A DNA stretch of 64,000 bases from Nageia nagi (lineage: Eukaryota; Plantae; Pinophyta), in NCBI GenBank assembly GCA_050084985.1, contig JBITNC010000001.1, positions 157,356,001 to 157,420,000 on the forward strand, given 5' to 3'. Shown piece after piece: positions 50,110 to 63,320 of this stretch. The position numbers and the translations under genes are program-made. Position 1 is the stretch's first letter; every line of letters begins with the position of its first letter. The notes beneath the pieces are model-generated. The model was not told the origin of the DNA. It was given only the letters and a program-made list of their open reading frames with translations, and made no database searches.

Positions 50110-50867
50110 TATTGACAAGTTTTGAATGTTATAAAGGCAAGGGATTTGGTCATTTGAAGACATCATCTTGTGCATTCGATCTTGGATCATTCGTAGCTTA
50201 GGGATGCTTCCCTTCTCTACCTTCTAGGGCTTAGGGCTACTCACTAGCTTAGAAGTGACTCTTCTACGCTTCTACAACACTTGAAAAGCTTGCGCCAACC
50301 TTGAGGAACATTCTAGAGTCTTGCGCCAGCCATTCTTGCCACTTGGAAACTTGCGCGAACCATTGAGAGCCATCTTTGGTCTTGTGCCAAGCTTGGGATT
50401 CCCTCTTAGACCTTGCACCAGCCTTTTGGAGTCTTGGTTGAGCATATTCGAAGTCTTGGGCTTGCCCTAAAACTTGTTACAGGCTTTTTACATCCCTATA
50501 CTTATTTTTGGTTGATTATTTATGATATTGGCTCTCATATTGTGTCTCGGATGTGAATGAATGTTGCTACATATTTTTGCTACGCTTCTATCTTTGTTGT
50601 GCATGGGAATGTATGCGAATTGAATACTTTTGGATCTATATTTCTATTATGTTACATATCTGATTTGTGCTCTAGTTATGGTCATATTCGCATGTTATAT
50701 GAGCTTTATAACAGATTTGGATATTGCTGTTATATTCCAGTTTTGAGCGCATGTTTGGATGGTTAATGAGCATGTACTTTGATGGCCTAATTTGTGGATG
50801 AATACGGAATTAATTAAGAAATTGGATAAATGAAGATCTCAATTCATGAACGACAATCGGATGGGGG
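50110..50867 (+). mobile_element. Family G LTR fragment (approximate bounds)
   Basis: Reverse-complement homology to ~46150-46765 (gggatgcttccc...ctagggct..tact). Confidence 0.7.
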
Positions 50868-53574
50868 TGTTGCATTTGAAATGCAACAATTTTAAGTTTA
50901 TTTCATTTCACATAATTTTATTTTTATTTGGACCACAAAACTGTATTCATTTTGATTAAGCCTTGTGATGGATGAGGATTTTCTCCCACAAGTGCTGGAT
51001 TTAATCTTGTAGTGCCATGTGACATGTTTTCATTTGACCGCTAGTAATTAGGTTTTATAAGTAATTTCATCTGAATTTGCATTAAGGTTAGGGCAGCAAT
51101 TAGGGTTGGCACCAAAAACTATTTATAGCCCTTGAAGGCTCATTTGCGGAGGAGGATGGTCACTTGCTCAAGAGGAGCTATTATGAAATTTGCTAAAACA
51201 TTAATACTCTCTTATGTGAATGTAATGCATGACTTAAACAAATCAAGGCTTGTCTCCATTTAATGGGATTGTGAGTTTGAGCACTTGTGCTTTGTGTTTG
51301 CTTGTAGTTGTTACATGACTTGTGTACATTTCTCGCAAGTGTAGGGTTATTAGAAAGATGGTTGAATATCTTATGAAGTGGTGTAATTGCTATATGATGA
51401 CCATGACTTACTTTTTTTGCATGAAGATAAATGAATGTTGGTGAAATTCTTTCTATGTCATTTAGTTTGATGTGCCACTCATGTTGTTGTTCTTTCGCAA
51501 TATTGCTATAGGTTCTTACTTGTTTGCAATTTGGACTTAGTCATTTGTAGCAAGGTGGGATAAGTGAGTATTGCACTTCATAATAAATCCGTTAGGAAGT
51601 TGATCCAATCACTAGTTCATTGTGGGCTTTTCATTGAATGTACCCCTCTCGTGTGCCATCATCCCCATTTTACATTTTTCTTTGCTTTTCCTTTTTTGTT
51701 TTTACTTTCTTTGCCATCAAAAGTCTATACTCTCAATAGGTGTAAGATAACTCCAGTGCCCACAACAAACGTGATGAACAGTCGTTACCTCTACCTTCCC
51801 ACTGAGTATTCCAAGTATAGCTACTATCATTTTCATGAAAGACTTCCTATGATGTTAGAAACCTTGGGGTAACCAGTCCTTTCAAGCGGGGGTTAGTAAC
51901 ACAACCTCACTCACATGTTGGATGTCGTTTCCCAGTTATCACCTAGGTGATCTTCGTAAGTGGAAAGAAAAACACCCCAACATCTAGTCCCGTTTTTAGG
52001 GCATGTATTCATCAAGACATGATTCATGACCTCCCCGAACCATCTGCCAACATTCAAGAGACTCATATAAGCGACAAAGGTGGAAAATGACTCAGTATAA
52101 ATCATGAAAACTATTCTTCTCCATCAGCATATGTTTGCTAAATGACAAGAATTTTGTTTGCCTCATGAGCTGTGCCTGAACTCAAATCATCATGAAGACA
52201 AGCATATGGGGTCAAAAAGACACATTTAACATGAAGAACTCAAAGACAAGTCATTTTAGCCTAGGTGTATGTTTCAAGAAGGACAACATTCATGACTCAT
52301 CAAAATGATATGCCCCAAAGTCGTGACCCTTGATAAGCACATGTGTTGAACATGAAAAGAAAGTGTCTTATACCCCTCCTTGGCGCACATATTCACCAAG
52401 ACAAAAGGGGTGAATCTCCAAACACATGCGCTAGGATCCTAGACAGACATTTCAGCTAAGACACGATCATTGACCTCTTGGAAACCTATGCTAGCCATGC
52501 TTTTCCATATTGGGCACACATCCTTGACATGCAAATGGTGAAGATCCCAGGTCATGTGATGCAGAGGTCAAAGAGGCAAATGAACCCATGATGGAAGGTG
52601 TTGCATGTTGGATTCAATATTTTTAATTTTATTTTATGCATAATCTAGCTATTTTGGACTCCAAATTTTATATATTTCTATTAAAGCATTGTGATGGATG
52701 AGGATTTGCTCCCACAAGTGTTGGATTTAATCTTGTTGCACCATGTGGCATGTTTTTATTGGACCAATGATAATATGGGTTAGTTTAGGTGAATTTGCAT
52801 TAGGGTTAGGGTTTCCTTGCAAAAACTATAAATAGCCCTAAAGGGCTCATTTTTGGGCAGGATGATCATTTTGGTCAAGAGGAGCTATGTTAAGAACTTG
52901 TTAAAATTTTGAACGCTTTGTTAAAATTTTGAATGCTATCTTGTGTGAATGAAGAGCATACTTAATCTAATCAAAAGTTGTTTCCACTCAATAGGATTGT
53001 GAGTTTGGACATTTATGCTTGGTGTTTACTCGTAGCTATTACATGACTTGTGTGCATTTCTCACAAGTGTAGGCTTGTTAGAAAGATGTTTGAATATCTT
53101 ATGAAGTGGTGCAATTGCTATTTGATGAACATTGCTCACTCTTTTGCATGAAGATGAATGAATGTTGGTGAAATTTTTGCTATGTGGTTTGGTTTGATGT
53201 GCTACTCATGTTGTTGTTCCTTCGTAACATTGCTACAGGCTCCCACTTGTTTGCAATTTGGACTTAGTCGTTTGTAGCAAGGTGGGATAAGTGAATGTTG
53301 CACTTCATAATAAACTCGGTAGGAAGGTGATCCAACCCTTGGTTCATCAGTGGGCTTGTGCCATCATCCCCATTTTACACTTTTCTTTTCTTTTCTTTTC
53401 TTTTTTTTACTTTACCATCATAGTTTCACAAAAATCTCTCATGATATTATAAACTTTGGGGTAACCAGTCCTTTCAAGCGGGGGTTAGTAACGCAACCTC
53501 ACTCACATGTTGGATGTCCTTTCCCAGTTATTACCTTGGTGGTCTTCATAAGTGGAAAGAAAAACACCCCAACA
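50868..53574 (+). mobile_element. Element M: small non-coding two-LTR element (LTRs 50868-51982 and 52599-53574; 616-bp internal region with degenerate short repeats)
   Basis: Both LTRs start tgttgcat and end gaaagaaaaacaccccaaca; TSD ggggg/agggg; purine run gatggaagg before 3' LTR. Confidence 0.88.
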
Positions 53575-54164
53575 AGGGGATGATATGCATGTAAGATATT
53601 ACTAAATTAGAACATTTTGTTTGAGTTAGGGTAGAATAACGCAAAATGGGCCTTTTTTACCTTTTTTACATAAATCCAGTAAATCATTTAAATAAGGTAT
53701 TTTTTAATAGTTAAAATACAATTTTAATTGTCTACAGTTTGTTAATGGGCTGGTTACTCTGTTCAAGGAATGTTTATGACCAGCTGTAAATGTTTTTGTG
53801 AAAAAAATGATCTTATATCGCATCTGCGCATAAATGAATTGAAACACATGGTAAATATGGTTAAACTCTAGGAGGAAATGGACGGAAAAAAGGCATCTGA
53901 GCTGTTATTTTGCTCTTTTATTCCACTGGAAAGTTGATATATTAGATACTTTTTGTATATCTAGAACTAGAAGAGTGTTCTTGCTTTTACTATTTTTAAC
54001 CTTGCATTTTTTTCCTATTGTTTGAATGAGTATTTCTTTCTGTTCATTCTTGAGATGCTGAACGCTTTTTACATAAACACTAATTTGTGAAACTAGGATA
54101 CAATCTAGATCTAGTTTAATATCTATCCTATCTTCACTGAACTTTGGTTTTGCATTGTTGACAG

Positions 54165-54199
54165 GGGGAGGCACTCGTTATGGGTTACGATGCTATGGG
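54165..54199 (+). CDS. TOP3A: TOP3A 35-nt exon (GEALVMGYDAMG)
   Basis: tgacag acceptor, gtaact donor at 54200; matches plant GEALVMGYDDMG; phase 2 end fits next exon. Confidence 0.93.
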
Positions 54200-55119
54200 G
54201 TAACTATTGGTTTTTTTTCTTTATTCTACGGTAGTTCAAATGTTCATACAAGAAGATTTTCGTTAGTTATCTTTATTGAATGAAGTTTGCAGTTAGATTC
54301 TATTCATGGGTAATGGATACCTTACTGCCACTTTATGATTTGATGAAGAATGGTTCTGATTCCATTGATTACAGAAACAGTGATCTTATATCATGATTTA
54401 TGACTAAACCACAAAGGCGTATTATACAGTTTCTGAATTTTGGGTGTTTAAACCATTGGGCAAGTTATGTATATTTTGAAAGCAGGAATGAAAAGATTGT
54501 CTTGCTTATGCAGGACATATGAGGATTACACATGATTTCTTCCCTAATTAAATAATATGGTTATATAGATATTCTCTAGCCTTATTCCTTTCATCTTTAT
54601 CTCTAACTCACCAGTAGGCTGAGGATGAAATTTTACTCATGTACATATATAAGTGGGATACAGAGTAGACATTTTTGAAGTGTGTTTTACATAAACAGCT
54701 GATTGACAATGTATAGGACTTCAGTTTACTGTGAAACGAAAAGGAAAGCTGCTACAACTTTTCCGTTACTCATGTTGTGCTGGCCACACACAGTCTTAAG
54801 CATATCAGTCCGTGGATTTTGCTACCTAAAGACTCATCTACGTGGTGTTTCATGTGTGGTTTTTGCTTATCTATAATAAGATGAATAGTTAATGCATATT
54901 ATGATTTCAATTGGTTTGACCTTCGTAGAAATTTCAAACTAGAAATGGTAAAATCTTATGATTTGTTCAACATAGATATTGAATTGTCTCTTCCTACTAG
55001 ATTGCAGAAGCAAGTAATCAATTGTTTGTACTAAATTTGGTCAGGCAATAGTCTTTTAGCAATTTTCTATACATGTGATATTTTCAATCTGTTTTCATGG
55101 TGGATTTTTTCTTGTGTAG

Positions 55120-55249
55120 ATATGAACTCTGGAAGCCATACCTTCGAGCCATGATGGAAAGTGACATGAAAGCTGTGAGCGTTGGTTCGAAGTCAAAAGC
55201 TGAAATGTTGAATACTTGCTTACAACAGATGAAAGAATGCTTTCTAGAT
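55120..55249 (+). CDS. TOP3A: TOP3A internal exon ([22 protein letters not shown]...[11 protein letters not shown])
   Basis: gtgtag acceptor, gtgagt donor; 130 nt; matches plant YELWKPNLRALME...CLQQMKACFLD. Confidence 0.96.
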
Positions 55250-55612
55250 GTGAGTCTTAAAACCTTGGACCTTCTGTGTGATTTGATAATTTTCTCATGC
55301 TAATCTTCACATTAAGTTTTGAATGAATATGCTTCAATTTTAAACTTGTGGTGCGGGCTGCTTAGGACACGAGGTGGAGGCATGATGAATTTCATGAAAT
55401 AATGAATTTATTCTCAACTCTTATCCTTATTGATTTTCTTTTGACGTGATTTATTGTTTTACACTTGAAGTGCAAAACTGGTTCTGTTAGGAATGCTGTA
55501 CCATGAACATTAGTCATCAAAATGGATTTAGGGTGGTGTTTTGAATAGCAGGATGGCATAGTTCAAATGATTGGATAGATTATTTATCTAATAGCTATTA
55601 TTTTAAGAACAG

Positions 55613-55665
55613 GCAAAATCAAACAAAGAGAAACTTTTTGAAGCTATGGAAGTTTTCTTTGAAAG
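55613..55665 (+). CDS. TOP3A: TOP3A internal exon (AKSNKEKLFEAMEVFFER)
   Basis: aacag acceptor, gtagaa donor; 53 nt; matches plant KLLEAMTIFFER. Confidence 0.92.
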
Positions 55666-55774
55666 GTAGAAACCTACATTGAGAATCTCTTTCCTTCCAT
55701 TTTCAGAAGAACTTAGCCTCTAGAGCAATGTTTTATAATATTGTAGGATATCTGATAGAAACCTTTGAACACAG

Positions 55775-55874
55775 GTCACAAAGACTGGGAGTTGAGGAAC
55801 AATACACTGGTGGAGGAATTGTTTGTCGTTGTAAAGTTTGTCAGGTGTCTGACATGGTACTCAAGAAGAAGCCA
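55775..55874 (+). CDS. TOP3A: TOP3A internal exon, start of C-terminal zinc-ribbon region (SQRLGVEEQY...CKVCQVSDMVLKKKP)
   Basis: acacag acceptor, gtatgt donor; 100 nt; CxxC followed by SDMxL as in plant TOP3A. The next exon (expected DGNFMVGC-like) was not found before 64000. Confidence 0.9.
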
Positions 55875-56199
55875 GTATGTTCTCTTCTTTTATTTTCAAG
55901 TATTTTTTTCCTCCGATAAGTTCATATTCTTTTTTGGGTTTGTATGATTACTAATGTTTCCTGTGTAATAATATGGTTGCTTGATTAATTTCAGCATTGT
56001 CAAAGGTATTTAAATGGTATGGAACTGAAGTTGTAAATAAATTATCTGAAGGAGCAAAACATGACATATTTTTGTCTGAATGTAGAGACTCTTGCCTCTC
56101 AGTGATATTTGAGGAATGATCGGATAATCTTCTTACCTGTGAGATTGAATGATGGCTGAAGAATATTTCCTCATAATGAGTAAGCAAAGGATAAAGTAC

Positions 56200-58930
56200 A
56201 TAAGCTCCTAATAAAATGAATAGATTTGAAAGAACACTTGATAACATCAAGGAAAAGTTAGAAGAATGGAATCATAGAGTCCTCATAAATCTCAACAAAG
56301 CTAAGAAGGATATAGCTAACCAAATAAGAGAATTTTCAATTCAACCGCATTTGTAGGTTCAGAAATTTAGTTTTACACAAAAGCTAATTCATCTAGTAAA
56401 GAAAGGGATCTATGAGACAAATCTAGAGCTTTATGAGTTGAAGGGGATACTAGTACTATATTGTTACGCAAAATAGACAAACAAGATGCATATCAACAAA
56501 TTTCAAGTTAGCAAAGCCCTCTAATAACAAATAAGAAATAATTTGAATGATATTCAAGCAGCACAACACATTAAACATTTTCCTGATAGTTCTTGTTAAG
56601 AAGTTTCTTGATTATAATGAAAAGCAAATGAAAATTTTGTCATTAATCATCAAGAGAGGATTTGAAAGAATCCTTAAATCTCCTTTGATAAAGACAAAGC
56701 ACTAGGTTAAAGGTGACCTCATGGAAAATGTGGAGTTGTCACAAAAAAATCTTACATAACAAGTTAACACAATAAATCCAAACATACTTTATTGTGAGAG
56801 GCCTATAACTCTTTGTAACACAATGCAAACAATAATCCTGAAAGAATAGGGGACAAAATTTAATTTCTGCTGCAAGCAATTACATCTCAAGCACAAATAG
56901 GTTTTTGAAAAAGGAAGAAAATTCTCATTTAATAAGCATATCACAATGGAGACACACAAAAAACGAACAATGTATTGAAATGTATACGATTTATTTATGT
57001 CTGCAGAATGAAAGTAGATTATTAGCTGTATGCAATATAAGATCTAGCAATAAGGATCATGTAAACTTTACAAGAGGAGATATAGAAATGGAATGAAATA
57101 TTATTAATGTCCATTGTGGGGAAAAAGTGGCCCAATTTTTGTGAAAAAGGACCTCACATCAACAAGTAGGAGGGCAAAAGTGCCTAACAAAGAAAGAAGT
57201 GTAAGGAAATACAATGCTTCCATCCAAGAAGTGGCTCAAAAAGAGAGAAGAAAGAGGTAAGGGGAGAAGGGGAGAGATTATAATCCATTTCGAGAGCATG
57301 ATGAGTGAGAAAATGGGTGCTTGAAGGGGCAAGGGGTAGTCTTGAGTGGTACGGACCCTAATGTCAATCCCTAGTCTCTCCTAACATTCAAGGCCAAAAA
57401 ATCTCTACTAAGGAAGTTAGTAATTTGTCTTTGACCATCACTCCTCTAAATCCTTGAAGATACATGAGTGTGCTATTAAGTTGTCCTGCCATTGTCTATA
57501 CGGTCCGATGTCGTTTCTAGTGGATGCTCTCTCCTTGACTATCCGTAGAGGTGAAGTATTCCATCATGGGCCAAAAGTGTGAAGGTCAAGATCCTCTAGA
57601 AGAAGAAAGAAAGAAATTCTATTAATGTCCATGGGTGACCAAAAGTAGTCAATGGGACTATGAAGCACAACTATATGATGTAGCATGTGAGGTGCAAAAG
57701 GGTTCTCACTACAAGAAAGCAAACTGAGAATAACAATACATAAGTGCAATAGAGTAGGTAAGCCCTAAAAAATGTAACACATAATCGAATAGCACAATTG
57801 AGTAGTCAAGATTAGTCAAGAGAGAGGACTCCATCCCAACTGAATTCCCCCTATATTGTGGTAACTGTGGTCGCGTCGGTGTAGTTGGAGGTAAAGCAGG
57901 ATGTGATTTGTTGAGGCTATCGAGGCATAGGATCAGCACACAGTCATTGTCTGGTGTGGTATGTAGGTGAAGGAGGACCATCTCTCATTCTCCTACACAC
58001 TCCCTCACTTGACAAAGGCTGAAAAAATGAGGTAATCAGGTAGTCCCCTGTCGAGTGTTGGGTATCGAATAACAAACGTTTCCTGAGGAAGAATGTCTCT
58101 CTGATATAAAGTGCCACACAATGTTGTTTGGTAAAATGGAAGAAGGTCAAGATCAAGTTGTAGGAGTCTCGAAAGAGACAATGGTATTATCCTCAAATCT
58201 CATAATAAACTGAGCAATTGAAGATGCAATGATCCTCGGTCTCTGTCTCCAACGAGCATAATCAACACACTCAAAGCAATAGTGGTTTTTGTTGGTGTTA
58301 ATTAGCAAAGGATATTAAGGTAAAGAAATTGTTTGTGGAGGGATACTTTTTAAATAAAATTAGTTGCCTAAAAGATGGAGCTAAATTAAGTTGGAAGGTG
58401 AAAAGCCTATTTCAAGACACTCTACAGATGTTAGAATCCTTAAAAAATATGAATTTATGTTCTTAGAGAAGGAATCAATGTTGCAAATTGGTTGGCAAAC
58501 TGGGGTATTCTTAGAGAAGAGGATAAGAGATGGATTCCCTTGGATATTTTCCCTTTTAAGCTAATGCTAATTAGGGAAAAGATATCTAACTTAAATGGGA
58601 ATGGAAAGTTTTAACTTCAGATAAATTTATCAAGGAAATCAAATATTTTTCCCAATTTGTTTATAGACATAATCTTTTGGTTTCGATTGATATATGAATC
58701 TCTTTTTGAAAGTGATTGTTGAAAGTTGGCTTTATTCAAGAATTGCTTTATAGCTTTTTGAAGCAAGGACTATAATATTTTGTCGCCTCATTTCAGCTTG
58801 TTTTTGATCTTTTCTTTCGTTGGGTTAGTTAATGGTTTCCAGGTAAGTAATACTAGGCTAGCCTTCTTTTGTATTGTATAAGGCTACGGGCCCTTTTAAA
58901 CATTGTTTTTACCTTAACCTAAAGAAAAAA
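56200..58930 (+). mobile_element. Highly degenerate L1-type LINE remnant (ORF2 pieces, 3' UTR, A-rich tail), interrupted at ~57150-58270 by an opposite-strand repeat
   Basis: Peptide traces KLEEWNHRV (~56255), RPITLCNT (~56800; cf. L1 RT RPISLCN), IYQGNQ (~58625; cf. RNase H-like HIYREGN); ends ...ttttaccttaacctaaagaaaaaa. Confidence 0.65.
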
Positions 58931-60399
58931 CAATCTTTTGCATAAATGATGCAAATAAATAAAGTGATAAGAGGAAAAATGCAAGGATGGTAGTGTTGGG
59001 ATGGAAATCTTTCCTCTAACAAAGATCGTCAAAGAGATGATAGATTGGAAAGGGTCCTAACATTTGGGTGAGATTAGTGTTACCTATCTCCTCTTGTAAG
59101 GACTGAAACCCTAAGGTTTGTTTGAATTCCTGTGTTATAGGTAGCTTAATTTTATAATTGTTTTTCTTATGAATTAGTTCAGTGGATTTAGAGAGGTAGT
59201 GGATGTTAACTCACTCTGTATAAGGGTAATGGAGTGTTAATGCAATGATTAAAAGTTGTGGGTTTTCAAAATTATAAAGGAAGAAAGAGAAATGAAAGCA
59301 AAAAAAAAAGAGAATGACACCACACAATATTGGTTAGGTATCAAAGGAACTATCACAATAAAGCATTATCTAAACAAGTTTCATTCCAAATCAATTAAGA
59401 AGGTTCATTAAGTCAATTTAGTTTGAAGTAAATGACACAAGTCCAAGTTATCTTCAAAGCTAGAGCAAAGAGCTAGGCTGATTGTCGGCACTCCTTTTAT
59501 AGGACCGATTGGCAATCAAAAGAACTTACCTAGAACACACATTCACTAACTTGTTTTGAATGAAAGCTTGTAATCAGATGGCATAGAAAGAAAGTAGATT
59601 CAGAATACGTTTATTTATCATACAAGCAATAGATAAGTAACAATCTTAACGTAATTTGAACACTTTTGAAAATTTTCAACAATTTTTTCCTAGAACTTGG
59701 AAGTTTTCAAAAAAAGGTGCGAAAGCATTCAAATCATATAAGAAAGCTACAAAAAGATCCTATCCACAACTCCATAAATGATATATTTGCTTTGGTCTTT
59801 AAGTTACCACTTTGCATTAACTTTGTAAAAAGAGTTGTACAAAAGTTTCAATTTTGCTCCTGTCTTACAAAAAAATTGTTTTTTCACAAAATTTCATTCC
59901 ACAAAATAAGAAACCCTTTGATCTATTTATAGAATTTCTAGGGCTTACTAGTGTTGCCTTAATTCTAATTTAAAAAATATTTAAAAATTATTTTTCGCTA
60001 AGGTAGCTAACATAGACCAACTTCAAAAGCTAAATCAGCTAACATAGACTAACTTCAAAATTGGATCTTGACTAAATCTAGGGTGGCTGATACACAGATT
60101 GCACAAGTGATGCATCTTCTCCAGTCAACTTCAAGTATGCTCCATTGATCTCTGTGCGTTGTTTTCTTACACAGTCAATTACAGTTCTTAGTCAACCCTT
60201 GTGGCACGTTGTCTAGTTTGTAGCATGTTGAATGACTTGACTTGTACTGACTGACTTGAGCTGATTGATGTTGCTTGGGCTGACTGATATTTTGCTTAGG
60301 CTGATTGATATTTTGCTTGGGCTAACTCCCTTTTTTTTGCATGATCAGTAGCAGTTTTGCCTTGGTAAAAAAAACATGTTTGTGTTCATTTTTGATCAA

Positions 60400-63320
60400 T
60401 TTTGATCCACACTATCCTCAACACAATGGAAATGGATACTCAAATCCAATCTTGAAATTAATTTCTTGGATGGTGCATTTTGCGTGCCCAATAATGGCTT
60501 TTGCATGGCAGATGACTCCATTTAATTCTAAGTGCATATTGTCCTCCTTTGGTGCACCAAACCTCAAAAATGGTTGTCTAGTCTTGGAAGGTAATTTTTT
60601 GATCATTTTGGAGAGCTCCCAAGGTTAATATGTCTTGAAAATTGGTGCTGCATGTCGTCATATGCTCAAATTTTGGATTTCTCAAAGGTAGAAAATGAGT
60701 GCCTTTTGATCTAGGTGCATATTTTTGTCATTTGATGGCATCAAATCTCCAAAACTTGCGCTTGGCTCGGGAGAGTGGGTTCTTGCTCTAATTCACAAAC
60801 TTCCAAGCCTAAATGTGCATGATTTTGGACCCTTTGCAACCTTGTATGCTTAATTTTCATTTTGCATGAACTCAAAATTTGTGCCTTTGTGCTTTAGGCA
60901 CATGTTTTTGGTTTTGAGGGCATTAAACCTTGAAAATGACCATCTAGTCTTGGGAGGTGCAATCTTGGTCCTTTTTCAACACTTCCAAGACCAAATTTGC
61001 TTGAAATTGCATCCTTGATGGCCCCATGTACTCAAAATTTAGATGTAAACTTGGTCAAAATTTGATGTTTTCCCTCTAGGCGCAAATTTCGAGGCTTTGA
61101 TGTCATCAAATTCTAGAAAATGCTGCCTAGGTTTGAGGAAGGGTAAAATTGCACAAATTCACAAATTTCCAAGTCTAAAGGTGCTCAACTTTGGGTCCTT
61201 CACCATCCTATGTACTCAAATTTGATTTTTGCCAACTTCAAAATTTGGTTCCTTTTGCAATAGGCGCATGTTTTTATCCTTTGTTAGCATCAAATCTCAA
61301 AAAATGCCACCTAGTTTTTTGTAGTGCAAATTTGGCTCCTTTTTGAAAGTTTCAAGGTTAAAGTTGCTTGGATTTTGGTCCTCCATAAGCACATGTGCTC
61401 AAATTTTGCATTTGTATGAGATCAAAATCATGCCTTTTAGCTCTAGGCGCATTTTTTCAATCTTTGTGATCATCAAACCTCAAAAATTTATGCCTAGCCT
61501 CAAAGGGTGTGATTTTGGTTATTTTTGCAAACTTCAAAGGTCAAAGTTGCTTGTTTTTGGACCCTTCTTTACCTCATACCCTCAAAATTCCACTTTGCCA
61601 AAGTTCAAACTTGGTCTATTTTCCTCTAGGCATAATTTTCCAAGCTTCGATGGAGACAATGTCCCAAAAATGCTGCCTAGATTTTTGGAGGGGTGAAATT
61701 TGGTCATTTTTCAAAACTTGTGAGGTTAAAGATGATCAAAATTAGGTTCTTCACTAGCTCATATATTCAAAATTCCACTTTGGCGAAATCCAAATTGGTA
61801 AATTTTCCTTAGGCACATGTTTCCACTTATAAATGGGTAATATTGTGTTTTTTCAAGGTCCCTTTCTTGAGCACTTCACTCTCAACAATTATGCCTCATG
61901 ATGTGGGACACATCTCCTCCAGGAGGCATTCTTTGTGATTTAGAGTTATTTTATGTAATTAGAGGTAATTAAGCCATTCTATGGCCTCCCAATGTGGATG
62001 AGCGTTCATCTTGGGTGCAAAAATGTGTTAATTGAGCACTTAAGGTTGGATATCCCTCTTCTAGGGATTTAGGAGTTATTTTTAATTAATTAGGAGTATT
62101 TTATTATTTAATTAGGAGTATTGGGCTATTTTCCACCATCGGATGTAAAAATGTAATTAATGACCTCAATCTATGCTCTTAAAGGGCGACGTCTCACTTA
62201 TGGGACATAATGAGGCCTTAAGTTGTAATTTGGTGGACCCGATAGGTCATTTATGCTAGACATCTCATCTTAGGAGCTAATGAATGTTTTGTAACCCCAA
62301 TGAGGAATAAGGATGTCTAGGTAGCCTTTGAGTGAGAAGCTTCCTATAAATGACCATTAGAGTCTCATTTGAAGATATGCTTGATTATTATTATTTTGTT
62401 GGCGTAAGCTCTCTCTCCATTCCTCTTGTGCACTCAAGGAAGGTACTTAAGATCCACGATTCCTCAAGCCTTAGTTGACTGCTACTTTGAGGCCTAGCAT
62501 TCCTCAAAGGTCCAACGAATGCTACTTAGTGTCGGGCATTCCATAAGATTATTTTAAGATTGCCAACATTGTTGAGGAGTCTTGGAATCCATCAGGGATT
62601 CACTCCAACTATTGTTGTTGAGCTCCACCATTGCTGAGTTTGTGTACACCTCTTTATCTGTTGATGAGGGCTTCCTACCTCTGACATCATACCTTGGGGC
62701 ATCCTGAGAGACTTGCATTGCCAGATTTACACTCTTGGAGAGCCTACTACCAAATGTCTATCTTCTTGAGTCAATTTTAGCACATCTGAGGGTTCTTGAA
62801 GTGAGATCCAGTTTCCCTGGTTGACACGTCTCATTCTTGGGCACATATTTGCTCTTGAGAGGCTTGTAACTTGTTTCTCTTGGTTAGATTTGTTATTCAG
62901 TATTTTAAATATATTTTTCGGCATCATTTCCTTGTGTGTAATTAAGATCTTGCTCTTGGAATTGGACGCGTGCCTTTATGTGATGTAATTTTGAGTATCA
63001 GATTCCTAGGATAATTCATCCTAATTTTAGAATAATTGTGGAGTGATAAGAATTGATTTATGAGCATGATTAGGGCATATTTGAGTTATTTGGAATTTAT
63101 GGAAAATTAAAGAATTAATTCAGTCATTATTTGGGCTATTCCTAGTTTGAGAATATTACAAAATGCCCCCTTCCCATAGATTGTGCAATTTTGATCTTTT
63201 TCGAGAAGTTCCAAGTTTAAATATGCTTGATTTCTCATGCTTCACAACTTGGCATCTTCAATTTTCACATCTGACTTGATAAAAAGTAACTCCATTTTTT
63301 ATAGGCCTTTCCAAGACCCA
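60400..63320 (+). repeat. 183-bp-period degenerate tandem array (at least 7 units), interrupted by a solo LTR at 61836-63160
   Basis: ctaggcgcat-like anchor at 60528, 60711, 60894, 61076, 61260, 61443, 61626, 61809. Confidence 0.85.
61836..63160 (+). mobile_element. Solo LTR, 1,325 bp
   Basis: (g)gtaatatt...aatattaca inverted termini; perfect TSD AAATG; TATA cctataaat ~62344. Confidence 0.85.

Noticed and set aside
53575-53590. atatg at 53583-53587 as TSD partner of atatg at 48942-48946
   Set aside because: No LTR-type CA terminus precedes it; a 5-mer match in AT-rich DNA is not significant
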